This document shows positions 7,464 through 14,297 of a DNA stretch of 40,107 nucleotides, piece by piece. Within the stretch, counting starts at the first letter, position 1. The number at the start of each line of letters is the position of its first letter. Source of the DNA: a virus; the IMG/VR virus record IMGVR_UViG_3300045988_075043, positions 1 to 40,107 of that record. The stretch is one strand, 5' to 3'. The notes beneath the pieces are model-generated. The model searched no databases. It was given only the letters and a program-made list of their open reading frames with translations, and was not told the origin of the DNA. A program made the translations under genes and the position numbers.

Positions 7464-8540
7464 TCAGGCCTGATCCTTTGCCGCGACGGCGGAGTTGAAC
7501 ATGCCAGCCTTTGCCGCATAAGCCCGCAGGCGGTCGCCGCTGGTCAGGGTGACGGCGGCGGTGTAAGCCTTGGCCTCCACGGAATACCGGGGGTCAGAGC
7601 CGTCGGTGGTGTAGTAGACGGTGGCGCCGCTGGTGGTGGTCTCAATGGTGGCAGCCTTGCCGCTCATGGTGATGGTGGGAGTTTTCACCACGGTGCTGGG
7701 TGCGCAGGCCACAAGGACGCCGTCGGCCTTCTTGCCCAGGACAAAGGCGTCGTACATCATACGGAACTCGATCAGATCGCCGGACAGGCCGGGAGGATCA
7801 ACGTGGCCCTTGAAGTCCTTGATCTTCATGGGGGAGATGACGGACTTCTTGTGCAGGATCATGAACACCACGTTGGCGGGCATCCGGTCGTTGGACATGG
7901 GCAGAACGTTCATGCCGGAAATCTGACCCACGGTGCCCTTGGGCAGGGTCTTGCCGCCCAGAGAATCCAGGTTGACCCACTGCTTCGCCAGCTGGAGGGT
8001 GTCCAGATACTCGTAGGGAATCAGCAGACTCACGTCGCCCTTGACGCCCTTGTCCCGCTGCTTGTTTCGCGCCTTGATGATGTAGCCGATGATGGTGTCG
8101 GTGGTGGGGGCTGCCGTCAGCTCCTCGTGCATACCGGCGTTTTCCGCCCACTTTTTCAGGCGGTAGGTGTCTACCTCGGGGATGATATGCTCCTCCCGTT
8201 CCGCCTTCATGATGGCGCCGACCTTGTGCTTGTCCATGACCTCCATGTTGTTGCCCTTATCCACGGACAGGCTCAGGGACTTGTCCTGAGTCATGGTGAA
8301 GGTCTGCTCCTCGTTGCCCACTTCCTTGGTGTCGCCGTACCGGCTGCCGGTACCCACGCCCTTGGTGCGGTCGTAATCCTGAAGGGGCTCGGTTCTCAGG
8401 CTCTTGACATGGACGGTCTTCACGCCGGAAAACTCCATGTCCAGACTGTGGTCAAAGAGGCCGTCGGTCTCGGATGCCTTGTCGAAGCCCTCCATCAGGG
8501 CGACCTTGTACTTTTCGTCAAAATGAATGGTTGCGCTCAT
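7464..8540 (-). CDS. Major capsid protein with C-terminal Ig/CHB_HEX_C-like decoration domain (358 aa)
   Basis: Strong SD. It lies directly downstream of the scaffold gene. The C-terminus SGATVYYTTDGSDPRYS...AYAAKAGMFNSAV matches the chitobiase C-terminal/Fn3-like motif. Confidence 0.75.
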   Translation of the reverse strand: MSATIHFDEKYKVALMEGFDKASETDGLFDHSLDMEFSGVKTVHVKSLRTEPLQDYDRTKGVGTGSRYGDTKEVGNEEQTFTMTQDKSLSLSVDKGNNMEVMDKHKVGAIMKAEREEHIIPEVDTYRLKKWAENAGMHEELTAAPTTDTIIGYIIKARNKQRDKGVKGDVSLLIPYEYLDTLQLAKQWVNLDSLGGKTLPKGTVGQISGMNVLPMSNDRMPANVVFMILHKKSVISPMKIKDFKGHVDPPGLSGDLIEFRMMYDAFVLGKKADGVLVACAPSTVVKTPTITMSGKAATIETTTSGATVYYTTDGSDPRYSVEAKAYTAAVTLTSGDRLRAYAAKAGMFNSAVAAKDQA

Positions 8541-8558
8541 AAATTTCCTCCTTAAATC

Positions 8559-8601
8559 AAAAAATGAGCCGCGGCTGTCCCGTTGGGATTAGCTTCGGCT
8601 C
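8559..8601 (-). terminator. Possible attenuator/partial terminator between the scaffold and capsid genes
   Basis: GAGCCG/CGGCTC stem with an internal CCC/GGG helix, followed on the - strand by TTTTTT. Confidence 0.35.
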
Positions 8602-8625
8602 TTGGCTCCTGTTTGTTTATTCTGT

Positions 8626-9513
8626 TTATGCGAATGCCGACATAAAGTCGTCAAAATCGCTCTTCCCTCTCTGCCCGCCGGAATCCTTCTGGCTTCCGGG
8701 AGAGCTTGAGCGGTTTTCCCGGTTCTTCTTCTCGGCTGCCAGCTGACGTTCCAGCTCGGCGATTCTGGCTTCCTTCTGCGCGGCCTCGTACTTCTGGTAG
8801 GCGCTCAGGAGGGTCATACCGGCCTGTACATCGGGGGCTAGCTTGCTCACAAGCTCGTCCGTGAACTCCACCTCCGGATAGCTCCGGCGGAACTCATCCA
8901 CCTCCCGCTGCGCCCGACTCTGGCTGCTTTCCTCCGCCTCCTTCTGCTTGTCCTTCTCCGCGTTGACCGCGTCCAGACCCTTTTGCAGCCGGGCGTTCTG
9001 AAGCTCCAGCTTCGCCTCCGTCTCCGTGCGTCCCTCGCCCTTCCGGTAGCTGACATACAGCATTTCCGCCAGCTCGTTCAGGGGAGTGCCGGTTTTCTCC
9101 GCCAGGGTGGTCATGATCTCCATCACGTCCTTCTGGCCGTCCAGCTGGGTTTTCAGCTCCTGAATGGTCTGCTGGGCACGCTCCTTGACGCGGTCGTAAT
9201 CCGCACCCTTCTGGGCGAGGGCGGTCATTTCGGCAAGGCCGACGGTTCGCTCCTCCTTGTTGACCTTGATGGTGAAGGTCTGCTCGGCATCCGGCTTGTC
9301 CGATTCCTCCGGGGCGTCGACTTCCCCGCCGGTATCTTCTCCGGTTCCCTCGTCAGGTTTTTCCGCTCCCTCATCGGCCACGGTGGTTTCCTGTTCCGTG
9401 TCAGCCCGCTCCTCGGTCTGTGCGCCGGTTTCCTGGTCGGTCACGGTCTGGTTGCCGTCCCCGTCAAAAGCCGCCACAAAGTCCTGGTAGCCGCTGTCCA
9501 TCGTTTCTTCCAT
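8626..9513 (-). CDS. Scaffolding protein (295 aa)
   Basis: Very acidic N-terminus and a long coiled coil. It lies between terL and the capsid gene. Confidence 0.7.
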   Translation of the reverse strand: MEETMDSGYQDFVAAFDGDGNQTVTDQETGAQTEERADTEQETTVADEGAEKPDEGTGEDTGGEVDAPEESDKPDAEQTFTIKVNKEERTVGLAEMTALAQKGADYDRVKERAQQTIQELKTQLDGQKDVMEIMTTLAEKTGTPLNELAEMLYVSYRKGEGRTETEAKLELQNARLQKGLDAVNAEKDKQKEAEESSQSRAQREVDEFRRSYPEVEFTDELVSKLAPDVQAGMTLLSAYQKYEAAQKEARIAELERQLAAEKKNRENRSSSPGSQKDSGGQRGKSDFDDFMSAFA

Positions 9514-9586
9514 TGTGTGTTCTCCTTTCGTTTTCGGCTCTGGTAGGCCGTATATTCACGCCTGTGGTAGGGCGCAAATTTCTGAT

Positions 9587-10972
9587 TTACCCCATGATGT
9601 AGCTCCGGCTCAGGCCGCTGCCGCACATGGCCGTCTGATAGTCCATGCCTCCCTCTTCCTCGTCGTCCTCGGTTTCCTCCCGCTCCCGTTCTCCGGGGAG
9701 AACGTAGGTCTGGGCAAAGTATCTCAAAGCGTCGGGTCCGTGGGTCAGCTCATGGGGGTTCTTGCTGACGTCGTTGGGGTCTGTCTTGTCGTGCTGCAAA
9801 CACTTGATGCACTCGATCAGGCTGCCGCAGGTGTCGAATATGATAAGCCCCGGCCTTCCGTCCTCCCGGAGCTTAAAAAGCTCCTTAAGAGCGTACCAGC
9901 CCTGCTTCCGGTTGTTGTCCGCCTTGACCAGGCCAACCCCGTTTTCGGCGAAGGTAGCCGCCTGGGTCTTGCCCGTCTCCCGGCTCCGCGCCCACATATC
10001 CGGCGGGGAAATGGTAAAGTCGATATTCTCATCCGGCCTTGTCAGCTCCAGCTGCTTTCTCGCCGCGTCGGAAACCACCATGTTGCTCTGGGCAAACTGC
10101 CGGTAGACGTAGCATCGTCCGGTTTCGTCCACCGCAACCCAGATGCAGAAGAACATGTCGAGGCCGTAGTCCATGGCGCGGTAGCGCTGCCAGTTCGGCT
10201 TCAGGGGGAAGGGCTTGCAGGTGTGGATGCCGTCGGTAAACTCGTCGAAGTACACCCCTGCCAGGGCGTTCCAGTCGCCGTACCGATGCGCCCGCCGGAC
10301 GTCCTCGGGCAACAGCTCCAGCTGCTTGACGTAGTCCGGGTTCGCCTCCATCAGGTCTTTGTTGTCGTCCACCGTAGCGGGGATGAAAACATAGTCCTTC
10401 GGGTTCTCCCCGGTCTTGAACTGCCGGTCTATGAACAGCCGCTTCACCCAGAAATGACCGGGCCCACCGGGGTTGCAGGTCAGGTAAATCCGCTTGGGTA
10501 TCCTGTTCGCGCCACGGACGATACCCGCCAGCCCTCGGAACTCGCTTTCCAGGAACTGGGTCGCCTCGTCGATGAACAGCCACTCGTATTCCTGACCCTG
10601 GTATTTACCCTGCACCGCCGCGCCGTAGCCGGGCATGTTGCCGAACTTGATCTTTGACCCGTTGGCAAAGGTAATGACATGGTCGGACTTGTTGTAGTTG
10701 AACGTCCCCGGCGCTAGGATTTTCAGCATGGGGTCAATGAGCGTTCCCTCCATGTCCCCGTATTCCCGCCGGAGGATCAGTATCCGGATTCCCGGGTAGG
10801 TGTAAGACCCCAGCGCCGCCTTGCGTACCACTGACCAGGACTTGCCGCCGCCTCTTGCGCCGCCGTAGCAGGTGTACTTGGCCGTGCTCAGGAAAAATTT
10901 CCACTGCGGTTCCGAATTGGGCGAACCGATATTCACTTTTACAGCGCTCTCAGCCGCCTTTTTTGCCACCAT
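9587..10972 (-). CDS. terL: Terminase large subunit (461 aa)
   Basis: Walker A YGGARGGGKSW, Walker B LFIDEATQ, and C-terminal nuclease-type acidic motifs. Confidence 0.9.
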   Translation of the reverse strand: MVAKKAAESAVKVNIGSPNSEPQWKFFLSTAKYTCYGGARGGGKSWSVVRKAALGSYTYPGIRILILRREYGDMEGTLIDPMLKILAPGTFNYNKSDHVITFANGSKIKFGNMPGYGAAVQGKYQGQEYEWLFIDEATQFLESEFRGLAGIVRGANRIPKRIYLTCNPGGPGHFWVKRLFIDRQFKTGENPKDYVFIPATVDDNKDLMEANPDYVKQLELLPEDVRRAHRYGDWNALAGVYFDEFTDGIHTCKPFPLKPNWQRYRAMDYGLDMFFCIWVAVDETGRCYVYRQFAQSNMVVSDAARKQLELTRPDENIDFTISPPDMWARSRETGKTQAATFAENGVGLVKADNNRKQGWYALKELFKLREDGRPGLIIFDTCGSLIECIKCLQHDKTDPNDVSKNPHELTHGPDALRYFAQTYVLPGEREREETEDDEEEGGMDYQTAMCGSGLSRSYIMG

Positions 10973-11196
10973 TATCTGTCCTTTCCGGAAAACAAAAAGC
11001 CAGAACCAACGCTCTTTCCGGGCGTTCGCTCTGGCTCATGGCTCTGGCTTTTTCCGCTGTATTCAATTACGCTTTCGTTCTTGCATCGCCCGCAGAACAG
11101 CGGGAACCGATGCAGCTCCGTGGAGGAAAGCACTTTGGTCTTTGTCCTGCACCCACACACCGGGCAATATAAAAACCCTCGTTCATCTACTCGCAC
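10972..11196 (-). CDS. Cysteine-rich KTR-domain protein (74 aa)
   Basis: GTG start with SD AAGGGAGG. LYCPVCGCRTKTKVLSSTELHRFPLFCGRCKNESVIEY matches the CPxCG..T..k....T.L.nFPLfC.kCK pattern. Confidence 0.65.
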   Translation of the reverse strand: MRVDERGFLYCPVCGCRTKTKVLSSTELHRFPLFCGRCKNESVIEYSGKSQSHEPERTPGKSVGSGFLFSGKDR

Positions 11197-11214
11197 GATT
11201 GCCTCCCTTTCTCT

Positions 11215-11306
11215 TGGCGGAACAGGCAGGACTCGAACCTGCACACCGGAATCCATCGGTGAACGGATTAGCAATCCGCCGCAGTACCTGTTATGCTTAC
11301 TGTCCC
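11215..11306 (-). tRNA. tRNA-Ser (anticodon GCU), class II with long variable arm, CCA encoded
   Basis: Hand-folded. Acceptor GGGACAG/CTGTTCC, anticodon loop TTGCTAA, variable-arm stem CACCG/CGGTG, T-arm GCAGG-TTCGAGT-CCTGC. Confidence 0.85.
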
Positions 11307-11311
11307 GTATT

Positions 11312-11387
11312 TGGTGCTGGTGGCTGGGGTCGAACCAGCTCCCTGCGCCTTATCACGACGCCGCTCCGCCTGTTGAGCTACACCAGC
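11312..11387 (-). tRNA. tRNA-Ile (anticodon GAU), CCA encoded
   Basis: Hand-folded. Acceptor GCTGGTG/CACCAGC, D stem GCTC/GAGC, anticodon loop GTGATAA, T-arm GCTGG-TTCGACC-CCAGC. Confidence 0.85.
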
Positions 11388-11466
11388 ATTTTTTAATTTT
11401 TTATGACCGCCTTTTCAAAACCACCCCGCCCGTTTCCCCTCTACCCCCTCCCGGGGCAGTCTCAAA

Positions 11467-11625
11467 ATTCGTTGCTGCGTATAGTATATATATATATTAT
11501 ATATAAGCTATAATGTTAATATTAAAGCTATAGGTTATATATAAGCTATATAAGCTATAAAGTATATACCAGTCTTTATCTTAGATATAGGCTTTAAGTA
11601 TATTATTAATCTTACTATTGCCGCA
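11467..11625. repeat. AT-rich non-coding island with four AAGCTATA repeats and a (TA)n tract
   Basis: AAGCTATA at 11505, 11525, 11543 and 11552. TATATATATATATTATATATA lies at about 11485-11505. Confidence 0.8.
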
Positions 11626-11959
11626 TTGATGTTTGAATTTTGCCGGGAAGAAGAAAACAGCCGGAAACTAGGAAATTGGAAGAGAGGGTGTGTCGCATAT
11701 ATCTATACCTTATCGAATGACCCCACCCCCTTCCCCGCTATCCCCCCGGGGGTGGGTGGCTCAAAAGAAAGCCCTTCGGTGCTGGCCTATATTTCAACCA
11801 GCCAGGGGAGTTATTGCCAGCCAGGGCAGCACCACCAGCACCACAATAGCCCATAGCATTTATACCCCAATTGTCCACAGCTCGAATACACCAATTGCAA
11901 TTATCCTTGAAATGTTCGGACTTCCCAGATTACACCCGCAATCTCCGAACATTTCAGAG

Positions 11960-11997
11960 AAAACGAACGCAACAAAAATACTATTTTGTGGCGTTCG
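11960..11997 (-). terminator. Intrinsic terminator-like hairpin immediately after terS
   Basis: On the - strand, a CGAACGC(CA)...(TG)GCGTTCG stem is followed by TTTTCTC. Confidence 0.45.
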
Positions 11998-12432
11998 CTA
12001 TTTCCCGGCCTTCTTGCCCCGTGGATCATCCCCGCCAAACTGGATGTTGATCTTCGTCGGGCTTGTCGTGCCAACTTCCCTATCGGTGTAGCTGATACCA
12101 TCGCCGATATCTTGTTTAAGGGCAAAAATGGCTTTGGACTGAACCTGGCCAGACCAGCCCTTACCGCTGAGCATCTCCCCGCGAACCCAGGTTGCAACCC
12201 TTTTTAACGCAACTGCTCTGCCATAATATGCACTTTGCCTTTCCTCCCCTCTCTCTATACACTCTTTGACCTCTGCCTCCGTGTACCCCAGCGTAGCACA
12301 AAAATGTGGCCATGATGGCCGGGGAAATTTGCCATCCGTTGCATCCTGCTTATACTTCTTGATAGCAGCATTCAGTTCTTTCTCCGGCATACGAAACGGG
12401 ATACCAGCGCCGGAATTTTCGTTTCCGGGCAT
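11998..12432 (-). CDS. terS: Terminase small subunit (144 aa)
   Basis: SD GGAGGTG precedes the ATG at 12432. Position and size fit. The ...AIFALKQDIGDGISYTDRE tail is typical of small terminases. Confidence 0.6.
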   Translation of the reverse strand: MPGNENSGAGIPFRMPEKELNAAIKKYKQDATDGKFPRPSWPHFCATLGYTEAEVKECIERGEERQSAYYGRAVALKRVATWVRGEMLSGKGWSGQVQSKAIFALKQDIGDGISYTDREVGTTSPTKINIQFGGDDPRGKKAGK

Positions 12433-12478
12433 CAAAACCACCTCCAAAAGTTCGAAATTCAGCATTTATCTAATCTCT

Positions 12479-12507
12479 ATAATATTCAATAAATGGCCGT
12501 TTGTCAA
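12479..12507 (-). promoter_or_regulatory. SigA-type promoter for terS and the packaging genes
   Basis: On the - strand: TTGACA (12502-12507), 17 nt, TATTAT (12479-12484). Confidence 0.65.
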
Positions 12508-12750
12508 CCCGTTTTATTATCGAATCACGATAATAAGTGCATGATAAACGAAAAGAAAACGCCGCATTGCAATAATGCGACGCAGGGGTGAACAGCGGTG
12601 TAAAATGCGTGATACTTGTGGCCGTGGAGTTCTTAACCTCGGGAAAAGAAAAAAGCTGGAATAATCCAGATATAATAATTAAATTAAAGCGGGAAAAAGG
12701 GTAGGCTTTGGGGTGGCGAAAAAATAATTTGGAAAAAGTAAAATTGGGGG

Positions 12751-12779
12751 TTGACATATGGGATATCCCATGATATAAT
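12751..12779 (+). promoter_or_regulatory. Consensus promoter with a palindromic operator in the spacer
   Basis: TTGACA (12751-12756), 17 nt, TATAAT (12774-12779). The spacer contains the perfect 14-bp palindrome ATGGGATATCCCAT (12758-12771). Confidence 0.8.
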
Positions 12780-12810
12780 GAAGCTACCCTAAAGGAAAGG
12801 AGGGCAACAC

Positions 12811-12957
12811 ATGGGACAGACAGACAGCCAATTCAAAGCGTTCATCCGTTTCGTGCTTGATGCTCTGCGCGAGATTGCAGCAGAAAAGGACGAAGAAAAG
12901 AGAGCCGCCAAGATGGAAAAGGTGCTGGACAACCTCCAGAAGACCTTAGAGGACTAA
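12811..12957 (+). CDS. Small helical protein (48 aa)
   Basis: SD AAAGGAGGG plus ATG. MGQTDSQFKAFIRFVLDALREIAAEKDEEKRAAKMEKVLDNLQKTLED. Confidence 0.6.
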   Translation: MGQTDSQFKAFIRFVLDALREIAAEKDEEKRAAKMEKVLDNLQKTLED

Positions 12958-13008
12958 GAGAGGGCGGGGGCGAGCAATCGCCCCACCTTCAGAAAAAGGA
13001 GGGCAGAC

Positions 13009-13176
13009 ATGGCAGACAGCCAAGCAAAAGCGTCGTGGGAAAAAGAAAATGTGCTGAAGGTGCTTGTAAAGGTTAATAAAAACCAGAATCCGCAATTATT
13101 CGACTTGTTGCAAAAAGCTGATAGCAAATCAGGTTTAGCCCGCGAACTTATGAACAAGGCAATCAAAGACAAATAA
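13009..13176 (+). CDS. Small ribbon-helix-helix-like protein (55 aa)
   Basis: SD AAAGGAGGG plus ATG. A beta-strand-like NVLKVLVKV is followed by two helices (PQLFDLLQKA, GLARELMNKAI). Confidence 0.55.
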   Translation: MADSQAKASWEKENVLKVLVKVNKNQNPQLFDLLQKADSKSGLARELMNKAIKDK

Positions 13177-13295
13177 AAAATCCGTGCAGATGCGGCAACA
13201 CCTGCACGGGAAGCCCACAAGACCCAGTACCATCCAAGTCAAGGAGCAATGTTATTATAACCTCCTTGACCAGCAAAATCAAGGAGGAATTTTTT

Positions 13296-14258
13296 ATGAA
13301 ATACTTCACTACCTGCACAACTCTTGACGAACTGAAAAAGGAATTTCGCCGTCTCGCCATGCTGCACCACCCCGACCACGGCGGCGACACCGAGACCATG
13401 AAAGCCATCAATGCCGAGTATGACGCGGTTTTCCCGGCCTTCAAGCTGGCCTATAACCGCACCGCCAAGACCCCCACCGCCGAGACCGCCCAGAGCACCC
13501 GCAGCGAGTTCTACACCGCCAACGGCTGGAAGGGCAGCAACTACGAATCCGGCCGCAGCCTGAAGGAGATCGCCCAGCTTGTCCGTCAGTTCATCAAGGA
13601 GCAATTCCCCACCTATAAATTCAGCGTCCGCACCTCCTACGCCTCCATGTGCCAGGAGCTCCACGTGGACATGAAGGAAGCCCCCTGCAAGATCTACAAG
13701 GACTTCGAGGAGCTGACCGAGGAAGACAAAAACGACCTTATCCGCCGCATGACCCGCAACAGCGTTTTCACCCTCAGCAGCTGGAACAGCGCCGAATTAA
13801 AGGCCGAGTTTGAACGCATCTGGGCAGAACGCGGGGACTATTACAAATGCCCATCCGACCAGCTGAAAGCCGCCGCCGAAGCCGTGGACGGCTACGTGGA
13901 ATCCTTCAACTTTGACGACTGCGACGGCATGATTGATTATTTTCACGTGAATTTCTATTACTTCGGCTGTCTGCAAGACAACGCCCGCAACGTGAAGTTC
14001 GTTCCCAAGACCGCCCGGGTCGCCGCGCCGAAGGAACCGAAGCAGGAAGAAAAGAAAGCCGGGTTCCTCCGGGTGGAGATCAACCCCGAGTTTGACGGCG
14101 TGGAGGTTTATTTCCCCGATAAGCCCAGCGACGAAACCCGCACCGCCCTGAAAGCCGCCGGTTACCGCTGGCACAGCAAGAAAAAATGCTGGTACGCCCG
14201 GAACACGGAGCAGCACCTGCAAGCCCTCCGGGCAATCGAAACCGGCCTGACAGCATAA
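13296..14258 (+). CDS. J-domain protein with unrecognised middle and C-terminal domains (320 aa)
   Basis: SD AAGGAGG plus ATG at 13296. LDELKKEFRRLAMLHHPDHGGDTETMKAINAEYD carries the HPD motif. Confidence 0.8.
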   Translation: MKYFTTCTTLDELKKEFRRLAMLHHPDHGGDTETMKAINAEYDAVFPAFKLAYNRTAKTPTAETAQSTRSEFYTANGWKGSNYESGRSLKEIAQLVRQFIKEQFPTYKFSVRTSYASMCQELHVDMKEAPCKIYKDFEELTEEDKNDLIRRMTRNSVFTLSSWNSAELKAEFERIWAERGDYYKCPSDQLKAAAEAVDGYVESFNFDDCDGMIDYFHVNFYYFGCLQDNARNVKFVPKTARVAAPKEPKQEEKKAGFLRVEINPEFDGVEVYFPDKPSDETRTALKAAGYRWHSKKKCWYARNTEQHLQALRAIETGLTA

Positions 14259-14263
14259 GAAAC

Positions 14264-14287
14264 AGCCGCCCCAAACCCGGGGCGGCT
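14264..14287. terminator. Bidirectional terminator between convergent genes
   Basis: AGCCGCCCC / GGGGCGGCT 9-bp stem followed by TTTC. It sits between the stops at 14258 (+) and 14298 (-). Confidence 0.7.
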
Positions 14288-14297
14288 TTCCCATTAT

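Noticed and set aside
7404-8555. 383-aa ORF on the + strand
   Set aside because: It is antisense to the capsid gene, Gly/His/Val/Leu-rich, and has no SD or sensible start context.
9515-10657. 380-aa ORF on the + strand
   Set aside because: It is antisense to terL, which has unmistakable Walker motifs. The composition is repetitive.
12470-12757. 95-aa - strand ORF
   Set aside because: It covers two promoters and an AT-rich non-coding stretch. There is no SD, and the sequence is Phe/Ser/Ile-rich and non-protein-like.
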